From contig CP075495.1 in NCBI GenBank assembly GCA_021613535.1, positions 4,278,001-4,342,000 on the forward strand: a stretch of 64,000 bases of DNA, given 5' to 3'. Made by a program: the position numbers and the translations under genes. This document shows, piece after piece, positions 1 to 16,408 of the stretch; position 1 is the stretch's first letter, and each line of letters starts with the position of its first letter. The notes under the pieces are model-generated. The model searched no databases and had not been told where the DNA came from. It was given only the letters and a program-made list of their open reading frames with translations. The stretch is from Adineta vaga (lineage: Eukaryota > Animalia > Rotifera).

Positions 1-12
1 ATATATAGATAA

Positions 13-775
13 TTAAAAATATCCATCGGCGATTTTATAGGATCCTATTTGTACTGAATATGTATCGTTACTTAGATCTCTCATTTGATTATTTATATAG
101 TACTGAGCAACAACTGTCCAATTTCCTGCTTGTATTATACTTCCATTAATGAGTTCGAAAGTGTAAACGACTTGTGTACTTGTAGTATTGATAGTATTTA
201 ACATAAATGCACCTCCAATATTAACATAAGAATGTGGACCAGTCAGAGTTGGTGTTTTTTGTACAGTTATAATAATTTTCAACTCAGTCAATGTAACTAT
301 ATTTTCGAATTGTACGGCTTCTTCTTGATAAAATCGACTACCTGATGATGTCGTAGAGATATAATTAAAGAATGAAATTATCTGTGAAGAAGATGGTATC
401 ACTGATGTACTCGTATACGACTACAAAAGAAAGACTTCATATCAAAACTGTTCACTTTATATGAAAATATCTTACTAATGATGATGATTGATTGATAAAG
501 CAAACTCGAGAATTAATTTTCACATGAAGATCAGATATTGAGACGTTACTATCAAATATGTAACAGGAATTCGTAGATTTATCATATTGAAAACCATACA
601 CAAGACTTTGCTGAATGCTTAAACATTGACATGATTTGATTGTTATATTATCATAGAGAACCGCGTCCGATGGCAGAGTAAGATTCGCATTTGCATAACA
701 ACTTAGACGAATACTAACAATACAGTGTGCAAGAGAAGCTAGAAAAATGAGAAAGTTGACGATCAAGTAACACAT
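13..775 (-). CDS. Secreted protein with N-terminal PAN/Apple-like Cys domain (2 exons, intron 421-475)
   Basis: Signal-peptide-like MCYLIVNFLIFLASLAHC, then a C..CQC..FQY..SCY..C pattern typical of PAN/Apple modules. A gtaag...tag intron joins ORFs 452-775 and 13-402. Confidence 0.6.
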
Positions 776-1300
776 CGTTTGACTGTTTAGTTCAATACAT
801 GACTTTCATTTATACAAAGTTCGTTAATTATACTAAGAAATTCTTTTTGATTAGCTCACATGCAATCATTTTTCATTAAAATAATTTGAGATTCTTTTGA
901 TGAATATTAACTAATGTCAACAATCGTTAAAAATACTTTTAAATACACAGTAATCGAAGAAAAAGAAGTTTTTCGCTATAATTATAATTCAGTCTTTCTA
1001 CTGCTTAACATCGGTATTGATTTTGAAAATCTATTTATTCTATTGCATATAGATTTTTTGATCGTTGACGTAGTCACCTTTTCGGACAAACTAAAAGAAG
1101 CTGCGCATAAACATTTGATTATAGAATAGACGATGCTATTCTTAAAAATCATATATTCTTCGACTGATTAATTTTCACTTCAAAATACAATAAATTTTCT
1201 TCTTTCTTAATTAAACGTATGCAAATACGGAATTGACTTAATAGATCGATAATAACTGAATATATATATATAAAGGATTTCGAGTACCTTCTATTTTCAT

Positions 1301-2443
1301 TTGAAAATGTTGTTTTTGAACAGGAACTATTCGGAAATTGCTAATCAATGTTTATTAGGTCTATGTATTTATCCCAGAGAATATTTTCTTAATAAATATT
1401 CTATAATTCATTCGAATACCTTAATGATTCCAATCGTTGGGGCAATTCATTATGATTTACCGTCATTACGTTATATTTATATGTGTGTTCTCATTGTTTT
1501 GGTGATAATTGGTTTGATTAATAATATCTTTTCTTTAATGACACTTCTTCGTGATCGAATTCGATCGACTATTTGTGGAATCTATTTAATTATGTATTCA
1601 ACTTGTAGTTTTATCTTAATGATTTTACTTCTGACAAATATTGGCATTGTTATGTACTATAATGAGTATTTAATACGATTATGGGCATGTCATGGTTATC
1701 CATATCTATCGTTGACAATGGTTTATACAAGTATTTTAATCAGTGTAGCCTTTGCAATCGAAGGTGTTTTAACAAAATGTTTTAAATTTGATAAATTTCG
1801 TTCTAAAAAAAGTGCGATTTTGAATTCTCTATCGTTTATATTTATCGTTTCAATATCAAATCTTGATAAAATATTTGCACGTAATTTAATTCTTGATCAA
1901 TCGGGTAATTTCCATTGTTTATATGAACAATATGCATATAAATCTTGGTCAATGATTTTATTTTTCATTTATATAATTTTACCATGTATCATTCATTTTA
2001 TATGTATTATCTGTATACTTTGTAAATCAACTGAAGAAAATTGTATACATAGAATATTTCGTCATCAACATCATCTTATACCATCATTTTTGATTATTTT
2101 ATGTTTATTTTTACATGGTTCTTATCGATATTTATTGAATTTTTCGATGATTAATTCATCGAAATATTTCATACGTTTACATATTGCTTTTATTCTTCTT
2201 CTCTATATGCCACAAATTTTGACATGTCTAATTTATATAACGACAAATGATTTTTATGTTAAAGAATTTTATCAAATATGGTTTTATCGAAAATTATGCT
2301 GCTGTTTTTATAATCGAAAACGACATGTACAAGAATTTGCTGTTATACATAATCTATGGCAACGACGAACATCATTAGAAACAATTAAAACTATATCAAA
2401 TCTCGATGATACATGTATGGAAAGTGAATTTTATAAGAAATAA
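1301..2443 (+). CDS. Orphan class-A (rhodopsin-like) GPCR
   Basis: About 7 hydrophobic helices; TM1 'IIGLINNIFSLMTL', TM3 'LISVAFAIEG' (degenerate DRY), Cys pair, TM7 'PQILTCLIY'. True start uncertain: a splice acceptor near 1323 suggests an upstream exon. Confidence 0.7.
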   Translation: MKMLFLNRNYSEIANQCLLGLCIYPREYFLNKYSIIHSNTLMIPIVGAIHYDLPSLRYIYMCVLIVLVIIGLINNIFSLMTLLRDRIRSTICGIYLIMYSTCSFILMILLLTNIGIVMYYNEYLIRLWACHGYPYLSLTMVYTSILISVAFAIEGVLTKCFKFDKFRSKKSAILNSLSFIFIVSISNLDKIFARNLILDQSGNFHCLYEQYAYKSWSMILFFIYIILPCIIHFICIICILCKSTEENCIHRIFRHQHHLIPSFLIILCLFLHGSYRYLLNFSMINSSKYFIRLHIAFILLLYMPQILTCLIYITTNDFYVKEFYQIWFYRKLCCCFYNRKRHVQEFAVIHNLWQRRTSLETIKTISNLDDTCMESEFYKK

Positions 2444-3121
2444 AACGAAGAGTTTTGTTTTCTTAATTGTTTTTAAGTTAACAGGAAAAACGTTTTATTT
2501 TATAACTTGCTTTGATCAATGAAAGTAATTTGTATATATACGAATCCTGTTACCTATTTTAACTGCGATCAGGAAAGTTACATTACGATTTTTAGAGATT
2601 AAACTCTTTTTTTATCTATGAATAGGCTAGTATTCGTGCGAAAGAAAGTCATACGGATTTTGAAAGGTTACCGTGTTGTTGATAAGAATGATGGATGATA
2701 ATAAATAAGAGAAGATAAATGTCAAACGTATCGAATTACGATATCTTGTTTTGTTCATCATCTGATCCGATGCAATTGTCAGGGGTTAATCTGTCGAATG
2801 TCATTTCAAATGATTCGAAACTTAGAAGTGGATATAGTTCTAGCTTTTCTTTTGCATATCAATTGTATTGTTTAGGTAAAATAATATTTAAACAGAAAAG
2901 AAACAAAAACCCATGATAATTAATGCATTACACCATTGGATGAATTTATGTAAAAAATAATTGGTATCGTTCATAAAGAAAGAAAATGATAAAAATTAGA
3001 TCATTGCGCTAGATAAATCACCTAATTCTCTGAAGGACATTCTAAATGATCACAGTGGACAGAAATTCTTTTACAAACTAAGAGGATTTTAGAAATACGA
3101 AAAAGTAATTCTTAATTTCAT

Positions 3122-4896
3122 TCAGATTTTCTCATTCATTGGCATAGTTTCTTCTTCATTCAATTGTTCTTCTTGTTTAGCAGTGGCATTAGCTGTTTGA
3201 ATTTTAGCCCATTTTCTTGGAACAGCAGAACCAAAAAGAACAAAAACGACACCACCAAAGACATAAACAATACCGAACATAATATATAGAATTCTCCATT
3301 GTGATAAGATTGGTTGTTTAACAATCTTGCCTGCAATTATATTTCCAATAAAACCAGCTAACGATGCAAATGTATTAGCAATGCCAAAGATAACACCTGA
3401 ATAAGCAGGAACAATATCTGCAAAATTGACGATATAACCGCTACCATAACCAAGACCTTGGAGAAATAAATAAATAAATAAATAAATAATTAAATATGAT
3501 AGATATCATAGAAATAGAGATGAAACTTTACCAGAACTAGCGAGAAATACGAGAATTGTAATAATGCCTAATAGTTGTTGTGTATGATCACAAAAATAAA
3601 GTGATAACATACATAAAGCTGGTAGAAATGATGTTAAAGAATTAAATAATTTTCTTGCACTTGTCAATGTTAATATTTTCGATCGAACAAGATGATCAGT
3701 AACAATACCTGAAATGAAAAAGGGGTTTTTTTGTCTAATAGAGAAAGAAAAAGCATTTATTTTACCTGATGTTAAACTACTTAATAATGTTAGAAAAAAT
3801 CCAAATGCTAATATATAACCAGTAGATTGTGCTGGCATTCGTAGAAGTTGATTGAGAATTTTACCGAAATTGGTTAAGAAGAAAAATAATCCGAATAAAT
3901 TAGCTATATGTGTTATCATTAGAGCAATGAGTGGTTTCGATGTAACAATATTTTTCCATGGAATTGTTGCTAATGACATTGTTCGTTTCTTTCCTGTACT
4001 ACCAGTTAAATTACATATATAATCACGTTCATGAGCACTAATAGTTTTATGATGATTGGGTGCATCTGCAGTTAAGAAGATCCATAATATGAGCCAAATA
4101 AAACCGAGAAGAGCTGAGACAGTAAATAGATACATCCATCCTGAATCTAAATATCGACAAAACAATCCTCCAATTAACATTGTTACTGATGTGCCAAGAT
4201 GTGTTCCACAGAACCCGATCGATGCCAGTGTACTTCGTTCTTGTGGCACGGCCCATAAAGACCATAGAGCAACTGTTGCTGGAAAAAGTACACCGTGCGC
4301 TAAGCCAATAATGAATCGAAGAATAAATATCAAAATAACATTTGTACTAGACATCAAATACATTGATGTTAGAGCTAAGGTAGCTAACGAACTAGTGCCA
4401 AGAGAAGTTGCATATACCCATTTAGCACCTAAAACTGTTGCTAACCAACCACCTAACCACATAAGATAACAGATAAAACATAAGGTCAAAGAAAAGAGAA
4501 ATTTTTCTATGTACCTGGCACTTGTGTAAATATATAACCAGCCCAATAACCACCTAGAAGATCTTGTTGTTGTTCTTCATTCCAGAAGAATTGTTTTTTC
4601 TCGAAAAGACCTTTACTCATAGGAGTAGTAACAGGTTCGTTTCTCCTTAATGAATCAATAGCATTATTTGGCACATTGTACGGAGATTTTCCTGTTTGCT
4701 TGAATGTTACTAAACTATGATCGGTTTGTTTCGTACGATTAACCATACATACAATAGCTATTGGTAAATTCACACGCTGAGAATATTGAACAATAAAAGC
4801 AAAAAAGACAAGTAATGCTAAAGTAAAACGTTTCGACGGGATAAAACGTGGTGGAGTTTGATCGTCCACTTGACGTACTGTTCTTTCAGTAACCAT
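3122..4896 (-). CDS. SLC17/sialin-like MFS anion transporter (multi-exon)
   Basis: Motifs QRVNLPIAIVCMVN, GYIFTQVPGGWLA, LWAVPQERSTL, ISAHERDYI, IPWKNIVTSKP, ARKLFNS and DIVPAYSGVIFGIANT, joined across short GT-AG introns. Confidence 0.9.
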
Positions 4897-7255
4897 CTTC
4901 AAATAATAACCTATAGATTTCACGAAAATACCTTGATTCTATCTATGTATCTCCATAACGTTATCTTGATACAGATATATGCACGCACGCACAGTGTAAT
5001 ATTATTTAATGGTATAAATATGAAAGAAGTATAAGACTATATATATCTTCTCTTTTTTTTCTATTTTCTTCCATTTTCACCCTTAAGATTCGCAGATCGA
5101 GAGAATGAGAGAACATTTTTTCTCTCCTGAAATGTCACGTCGCATATTACATGCTTATTCCTCTTGCTTATATCATCCTTCTCTTCACAATAAAAAAAGA
5201 CAAAAAATATATGCTATTGTTCGGCAGAAGGATCACTAAAAAATGCATCGACTATATGTTAGCGGGGATGCGACATAAGCTTTATATTTCTTTCATCAAT
5301 CTGTCTCTTTTGGTTTTACTTCTGATTATACTACTCGAGAAAAAATTAAGCTGCAGAGAGTATATAATATTCTATTCAAACATTGAGAACCTTCAAATCA
5401 CCATGTGTTGTTCCTATGATGAGAAATTTGATCAGCTCTTTTTTTTGTACTAGTCTTTAACAAACTCGATTCTCTTGTGACCGAGTAATCAAATTCATGA
5501 CACAAAATAGAAACTATGAAAGCATATATTTAATTTTCTCACTAGATTATTTGTATTATCTGAATGTTCGTCCATGAAAACTTTATTAATGTAAAAATCA
5601 AGACAAAAAACGAAATGATTAATATACATTCTAGCACGTCGCTTTTAAATGATAAGACGTATTCCTTGACATTGATTTTAGATATTTGATAAGAAAATTG
5701 ATTGAATACTTGCGGTGTTTCGGTTAAATTTGTGTGTGTGTACGTAATAAATATCACATGTCAAGTTTTATATTACTTGGAGTTTAAATATTTAAGCGAA
5801 TGCTATAAAATGATGTCGAGATTTTGTCTCTAATCCATAATCAGGTGTTATTACATCGATTAAGGTCAAAATAATAAGACATTGTTATCATTATTCGAAC
5901 TAACAAATCATTTGTAAGAATGAAAAACTAATAGCAATATGAATATTTTCTCAGTAGTATTAAATGCCGTTATCAATAGATTTGAGTAACATTTTATGAC
6001 TTTTTATTATTTTATAACAGCATAAGTCTTCCATTTGTCTCTTTCTGGACTGTTTAAACAGAAAAATCTTAACTATCCGTCTTTCTCTTCTGTAATTTGT
6101 CAATCTAATATGTGCCCATATATGAATCAATCATTTGCATATTCAAGAAATTATCGATGTACAAACCAGTATAGTATTTACACGAATGGATAGCCTGGAA
6201 AGAAACACATGAGATAGAGAAATTTTCTGGTAAATATAACATCGCTAATACTTTGTTTTGATTGTAATTATAAGAAAAACGTCTAGAATTTCATTCTGAT
6301 TAGCGTTAAAAATTGTCTTTTACAATTATATTCAGACATTCTTAAAAAATATATGAACAGGAATTATGCATTATTAATTTCATTTTATGAATGAGAACAT
6401 CAATTTAATAGAGCAGTTTCCGCTCTATATAAATATCTTTTAAAAAGCTTTTTCTCTATTTGTAGAATATAATATATGAGAAATAAAGTAAACGACTTGT
6501 TCTTCAATCAAATCATGTCGTTATCTTTTGAGATCACTTATATGAAATAGAGTTATGTATCATTTGATTTCCGATGAACGAAGTAAACATTTCTAATAAA
6601 GAATTCAAAATATGCAGAGAATATATGAACAAGTTTACTGATAATATTCAGTATTTCGTGAATCAATAACTATCTATAGATGAAAAAATATCAAATCGAT
6701 TGATCTTTGTGATCCGAATAGTTTATTTAAGTTTGTGTAATCAAGCAATCAAGTTGTATTAGAAAGACTACTAGTGATAATATGTATTTATTTGTAATCT
6801 TAATCGAAATGTTGTATAATTCAATCTCATCTTGTCTGATCAATAATGAAATTTTCAATGTCATCGTTCTTTTTCAATTTATTTAAACGAACATAGATAG
6901 TAATCTTTTAGTCTAATCTTTTTGTTATTTACAAATCGTCTACATCATTGAATGAAAAATGTAAATCTTCAATTTAATAATTCCTTGAATAGAAGAATAA
7001 CTTAGAATTGTTGTTCGAGACGGTTCCAGTTCCATATCGATAGATTGTTCACGAATATGACAGAAATCAATCGTACCATCTAATTTTTCTCGAAACGTCT
7101 AGTAAATTCATTTTTGTATATGATAGATGTCGCTATTTCATCCTTAATATTCATTTTAATGGAATATTTCGATAATAGAATAAACTGGTTTTCATTTATA
7201 TTTATTTAAAATAAATGATTTTGTATTTCTCTAGTCCAAGTTATTTGATAGGTTT

Positions 7256-7298
7256 CCACGTTAGTTTGACGTCACTCACCATGTTTTGCTGGGCCAAT
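7256..7298 (+). promoter_or_regulatory. ER-stress-type promoter cluster of BiP (CCACG, TGACGTCA, CCAAT)
   Basis: CCACG at 7256-7260, CRE/ATF palindrome TGACGTCA at 7267-7274 and CCAAT at 7294-7298, 140-180 nt upstream of the BiP ATG. Confidence 0.55.
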
Positions 7299-7435
7299 CG
7301 AATGCAGACAACATATTCATCCATCATACAAGAGAGAGAAAACGTATGTATTGCTTCAGTAACCATTATCTCACATAAATACTGCTGATTTTCATCGTTA
7401 TTCTCATTCGAAAACAAATCGTATATTCGCTAATC

Positions 7436-9728
<2,293 letters not shown>

Positions 9729-10539
9729 ACGAATTCATTTAATTATTTTAGAGAAATAGAAGAGAACGTCAGATTTGTCCATATTTTCTAGTGAATATTG
9801 TTCTGCTTGGTCCGTGCGTAAAAATATTTATACCAAACAACTAAGCATGGTAACATGCACCTTAGTTTTTTTCTGTTTTTGATTTTTTTTTATTGTTACA
9901 AATGTGTGACATGTTTTTTCCTTGAAATATATACAGATAGAAAAATAACTTTCTTCATCTCATGTGTCTCGCATGGTAAAGCATAATCTGACAAGTGTTT
10001 GCATAAATCGTTTAAATATATGATTTCATAAAGGTATTGAGATTTCTTTTTTCAGAACTTTCTTTTCCAGATAGATATATTTATTCAATTATTTAAAGAA
10101 CGAAAAGAAATGAAGAATTAGAAAATATAAAATATAGACGACAATAGATAAATAGACAACCATTCAATATACACATTCTCGATATAATTTGTGTACATGA
10201 TTATAAGCATATACACAAGACAACAAGATAAAGAAAGAAAAATAAACTTATGTGCGTATTTTCTACTACGTCTAGTGAAGAAGAGAAAAAATGATACCAA
10301 ACAAGCAAAAATTGCACGAAGAAAACAAACAAACAAACCATAATAGGCAGCAGCAGCGAAAAGAAAATGACTAGAAAACGAAGATAGGTAATAGAATAAA
10401 ATTAACTTGACAGTTAGTGGCACGCACGAAGACAAAAACAACAATTAAATGACTAGAATTTCATAAAAGAGAAAAATCGAAATAGAAGGAAAGAAAAATT
10501 TCATGACAATAAAAACGAAAATTATGCGATAAGTAATGT

Positions 10540-13500
10540 TTACATATCTGTTTGATCTGTTGTTGAACGATTCATACTAGATGATTTATTATTTATCAAT
10601 GATTTTTGTTGAGCATTTGTCGTTGATGAAGAATTCGATACAGACGATGAGGTCGATGATGGCATGGAATTTAATTGAAATGGCGTTGTAGTTGGATTAG
10701 GTTTCGTTTCCATATGTGGAATTGGTGTATGATCTGTTTTGACAACCGTTATGGTTGATGACACCGTATCATTCATTGTTGATTGATGCGATAAGATAGG
10801 TGTCATTGGTAATGGTTGTTTTAAATTAATCTGTAAATCATCACGTAATGCACGACGACCATCATTAGCATCATCTTTTGGTACTTCACCACGTTCTAGA
10901 CAACGCCAATCAGGATTTTGATATGAAAAATCTTTAAATTCATCTTGATTTATTGCTTTGATAATAACAGCTTCAATTGGTGTAAATGCTACGGGCATGT
11001 TGGTAAAATCTTTATCAAAATTACTTGTATCTCGTGGATTAACCTAATGATATAATTAATTAGAATTAAACGACAAGGAGGAAGATCAGTAACACTTACG
11101 ACTTTTGGTTTAAATGGTGGTTTTATTTGACGACGTTCTAATGCTTCCCAATCAAGTTTACCAACGAAAAATGCATGACGCTTTATAGCATCTTCACCAC
11201 CCTGTGCAGCGACACAACCAAGACGTTTAGCTGGATTTTTAGTCATGAACTAAAATATATGACAGATGATAGTTATTATTGCTAATGATATGTAGTTCTT
11301 ATTATTTTTTTTTTCTTACAGATTTAAGAATATGCACGGCTTCTTTGGATAACCAAACAGGATACAGAACTTCATCGCGTAAAATCGATTCAAATAAGCT
11401 ATCTTCATCATCCGCTTCGAATGGTGGTTGACCAGCCATCATTTCATACATTAAGACACCTAATGCCCACCAATCGACAGAAAATGAATAATCCAATTCT
11501 TGAAGAATTTCAGGTGCAATATAATCTAAAAGACAACAAAAAAAGAGTAGAAAAGTTTCGTAATAGATTATAAATATATTCATACCAGGTGTACCACAAA
11601 ATGTTGATGTAAGTTTACCATCGAATATACCTTCTTTGCACATGCCAAAACTTGAACAAAGCAAAAGATATCGATTTATAATTTCATGTATTCTGATGTA
11701 TCGTTGAAAAATCAATTAAATCACTAGTCTTCTTACATCATGCATACTGATTTCAGACTTGTTATAGAAACGAATGATGTTTTTATTTTTATTAAAAAGG
11801 TAATTTCTTGGATATGTTTTCATGTCTGGAAAAGAAACTTCCAATTTCGAGAAGAAAATACTTTTATTTTCCATTAACAATTATTACAACCTATCACTCA
11901 TTATAGGTTATCTTTCAGCATGATTAATCTCGACCTATTAAAATGAAATTGTCCTTTTAATAACAAAAAAAGTACGTCTATCTCTTTGAGTCAATGTAGA
12001 TTTCTTATCAATTTGATATTCTAAAACAAAATACGTACTCAGCAATTTTACAATGTCCTTCGGCATCAAGTAGAATGTTGTCAAGTTTGAGATCACTAAT
12101 CAGAAGAGAAAAAACAAGAGATTAATATTTACAACAAAAAATGAGAATTATTTTCATACCGATAAATAACACCATGTCGATGTAAAAACATTAATGCTAA
12201 TGTCACTTCCGATGCATAAAATCGTGCACGAGCTTCATCAAATTTTCGTGAACGTTGAATTTGAAACATTAAATCTCCACCATTGACATATTCCATAATT
12301 AAAAATAAACGTTCCTGTTAAAGAAAACGTTCCATTCAAATCTTTCTTTTGTCACAAGAAAAAACTAACCTTTGTTTGAAAACTACAATAGAGTCCAGTT
12401 AAAAATGGATGTCGTGTTGCTAAAGCTAATATTCGTCGTTCGGTCATTGTACATTCAACATCATCATTTTGAATAATCGCATCTTTATTGAGCACTTTAA
12501 TAGCAAAAACTTCACCAGTTGGTTTATGTTCACCTAACATTACCTTTAATATAAAGAAGAAAAAAACAATCACATTAATTATTCATCAATCTAACATCGA
12601 AAGAAATCATACTTTTCCAAACGATCCTTTTCCTAACATTTTCATAAAATTAAAATCATCAATTGTATAATGATGTTTTCGTTTTGTTGCTATATCTTCG
12701 AATGATGCTGGCGGAGGTGTTGTATGTTTTGTTGTTGTTGACGAAGCTTGATTAGCAGATGATGCTAAAGAAAGAAAATCTCAGATTTCATTTACATTCT
12801 TTTGTAATTTAATACATACTATCTACTTCACTTGGTGGATTAGCCTAAATATAGATTCCGAGAGAGAGAGAAAAGTAGAAAAATTTTAGATAAAACATAA
12901 TAGAAAATGATATCTTTACCATCTTTTGTGGTTCAGTATTTATATTAAGATCGGCAAGAACTGATGCAAGTTTTTTTTTATCTAAACCACAATCATTGGC
13001 TACATTTCGTGTACAACGTTTATGGACATTGAGTTTGCATTCTAAATATATAGAAAAGATTCAGTTTTATAAATAAAATCAAAAGTTTTGACATTCTTCA
13101 TATAAGAATTTATCTAATTGTCAAAACAAACGAACAAGAATCTTTCAAATTGTTACGTCACTTTCGAAATTATCAACTCAAAATTTAAGTATCATATAGC
13201 ATCGTCGATGGGACGATTATAAAGATATCGATACTTTCTCGAATTGCAATTATATTAACATTGCAATGTATTAGGACAACTGATATGGAAATACAAAACG
13301 TTAGTTTGACAGTATATCGAAAATATTCGATAGCGAGATATTTCTTATGAAAATTACCTCTACATTGCATTCCTTGATTCCAAGCTCCCCATAAAAGTGA
13401 TCCACAATGATCACAAAAAGTAAATAATCGATATGTATGTGCAACAAATCGATGTGGAACATTAATCTTAAAACGTTTTTCACGATACTAGAATATATTA

Positions 13501-14560
13501 AAGAAAAAATCTCATCAATAAATAAAGAAGAAACGTTTTCTATTTCTAATATCTCGTACTTCAAAACATGTTCGAATTCCTGGACAAGTTGTCACGACCG
13601 ATGCCTTACAACGTTTATGTATCACACATGTGCATACTAAAAAAGAAAAGTAAATAAAAGATAGTTCATATTTGATATCGAAAACTTTAACATGCACCAC
13701 AAACAACGGTTTCTTTTATATAACCGTAATTTACAACACAAGCGCAAGTGATTCACTTGAAGAATACAAAAGTGATTGCAAAGCAACATCCATTCTTACC
13801 TTGACATTGATAACCTTGTGTACGAAAGATACCCCTGGAAAGATGTGATTATTTAATCTCATTTATTCATTTGATTTCTCAGAAGAAGTTTCTACTTGTC
13901 TTTTTCTTTTCATCTCTCTAGTTTTTTCAAATCGAAATCTTACCAGATAAATTCAGAACATATTGAGCAGAATGTTGGTTGCCGAAAAAATGTGGCCATA
14001 AATTTATGTCCATTGATTTCGTAAACACGACGTACAACGGCAAAACGTCGTTGGGCAAAAGCTCGTTTGTTTTGTTTGAAATGTCGTTCATTACTTACAG
14101 CTAAAAACAAAAGATGTTCTTTTCGATAAAGAAAAAAGAAACACATTCATTTAAACTCACAATCAGTAAATTGCCCTTGTAATTCAATTGCAATATGAAC
14201 TCGTCCAGATGGTTCAAGGTCAACCCAAATGTCACTTTTTTTATCATGAATATTTTCAAATTTTACCGTACAATCTGCAACATATTCATCCGGTGGTAAT
14301 GCAGCATCATGAAAAACAGTAAAATGTAATTGTTGACCATTATGGACATCACTGTTAAATTCTTCATTGAATGTTGGTGAAATTGTTTTCTCTTTCGTAT
14401 GAGTACGACCTAATGGTAAATCATCAATATCAATTGAGATATATGGACTAAGGAAAGCTGTTGAAGGATTTTGAGGAAAATAACGTGTTGAATGTTGTGT
14501 TGCACGAAGATCATCAGCTTCGATAAGTTTTAAAAGCATTTTACCATTGAAAACAACCAT
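10540..14560 (-). CDS. PRKCE: Novel protein kinase C, epsilon/eta type (C2-C1a-C1b-kinase, multi-exon)
   Basis: N-terminal MVVFNG C2 domain, pseudosubstrate [10 protein letters not shown]1 domains [17 protein letters not shown] and [35 protein letters not shown] split by intron 11651-12038, TFCGTPDYIAPE, hydrophobic motif FKDFSY. Confidence 0.93.
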
Positions 14561-15487
14561 TTTCGTCTTTTCATGAGCTTTTGGAATAATTAAGAGAATA
14601 CGAACATTTTTTCAGCTGTTATTGACAAGAGGAAAGAAAATAAACAGCAAGAATGCAATGAAAATAGAATACTGGCAGCCATTTTATTTTACTCATGGGA
14701 ATACTCAAGACACGATAGTAAATGATTCTTCCGGTTGTGAATTTATAGATTAATTATGGAATTATTTCATAAAAATGAAGAATTTTCAATAAAAAATTAT
14801 TCTATTATTATTGAACTTTAATAAATAATCAATTTCAAATAATCCACATAGATGTCGCCAGTTTGTTGATAATTACAATGTTAATACTTTTTATTTAACA
14901 CACATACCTATATTAATCGCTTGAAAAGATCGATCTTATGTTTAGCTATAATGCATTTGAGTCTCAAACAATTATTAAACATTATTCAAAATAGTGTATT
15001 TAGATTTCCTCTTTCATATGGCATTTAGAAACAATTTCGCTTCTCGTGCTGATTTAAATTCGAGATTCAGAAAGACATTACATAATGACATTATTCTAAT
15101 CTAAATTTATCAACAGAAAATAAATAATTATTCATTCCGATGATATGACAAAAAGTCTAACATAAGCATGAGCATTTTCATCAAAGAAAAATCACTATAA
15201 AAGAGATAATTTCATTGAAAAATAAATTACTTTCATCAACGTTAGAATATATATAGTTCTAACATATTTTGTCTCCTATTTATGACTACACTGTCAACAG
15301 GAAGGAAGCAACATGCTTAAGTCTAGTAATGAATAGTTGCTCTCCTATATTATTAAAATCGAGACACTATAATTTCAGTTCAATAATTGACACGTATGAC
15401 TTCACAAGATATTTTCTTCGTCAACAATTCCATCATATATATCATACTCTAATTCATATTTGAAGATAAAAAAAGAAAGAAATAATT

Positions 15488-16408
15488 ATGAATGAAGAAA
15501 TATTTTTCATATCAATTGCTAGTATTTTTAGTTTATTCAATATTATTACAATTATCTTTTCATTGATTATTTTTTGTACGATTATTTTCAATTGGCATCG
15601 ACATTTTCGTTCCGTTTCAAATCTACTCGTTTGTAATTCATCATTCGTGTTTATTCTATATACAATTAGTTGTTTTATTCAAACACCATTAATGCTTTCG
15701 AAAATGTATATTAATTCAACATTTTGTCAATTCTATGGATTTTTTACATTATATACTGCTGGAACACATATCTTTACATATCTTGCTCAAGCTATATTTC
15801 GATATTTTTCAACGGTTCTTTATCGACGAAAAATTCTTTTAACATTTCGTTTAAATATTATCATTATTCTTTTAGGATGGATTATTCCTTTCAATGTTAC
15901 AGGTAGTCTATTAGCATTATCATCAACTTATCAATATGAACCTGAATCACGTATATGTTTTAGTTCAACAAAACAATTTCTTCCTTCTGTCATAATCAGT
16001 TCCATTATTTTCTTCATGCCCTTACTTACTATCGTTGCTTTATATGGATTAATTCTTTGGAATTTAACTCAATATAATCGAGATCAAACAACTAGTATCA
16101 ATCATATTCGTTATAAACGAAATATGAAAGTATTTCATAATATACTTATTAGTGTGTGTATAATACTTGTTTGTGGAATACCATATATTCTTTCTGTAAT
16201 TACAAATGCTATAGGTCAATCACCATGGATATTATATTCAATGACAATTTTATCAATTTCATTAGCTACGACATTAGATTCGATCGTATTATTCTTTACA
16301 ACGGATAAAATTAGAGAAATATTTAATGAAAAAATCAGTTTTTATCAATTTGAAATTCCTGGAATACAATTTCGAAGAACAAATCAAATAGCACCAGTTA
16401 TTAGTTAA
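15488..16408 (+). CDS. Orphan class-A GPCR, tandem copy 1 (intronless)
   Basis: 7TM pattern; NLLVCN in TM2, FCQ at TM3, QAIFRY (DRY equivalent), YEPESRIC in ECL2, CGIPY in TM6. Confidence 0.85.
   Translation: MNEEIFFISIASIFSLFNIITIIFSLIIFCTIIFNWHRHFRSVSNLLVCNSSFVFILYTISCFIQTPLMLSKMYINSTFCQFYGFFTLYTAGTHIFTYLAQAIFRYFSTVLYRRKILLTFRLNIIIILLGWIIPFNVTGSLLALSSTYQYEPESRICFSSTKQFLPSVIISSIIFFMPLLTIVALYGLILWNLTQYNRDQTTSINHIRYKRNMKVFHNILISVCIILVCGIPYILSVITNAIGQSPWILYSMTILSISLATTLDSIVLFFTTDKIREIFNEKISFYQFEIPGIQFRRTNQIAPVIS

Noticed and set aside
5151-7000. Short ORFs between SLC17 and BiP
   Set aside because: AT-rich intergenic ORFs without motifs or a consistent exon structure.
11640-11715. Apparent loss of the kinase DFG motif (SSFGMCKE in the ORF track), suggesting a pseudokinase
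   Set aside because: The Asp codon is split by intron 11651-12038 (GA|T TTT GGC), so DFG is intact.
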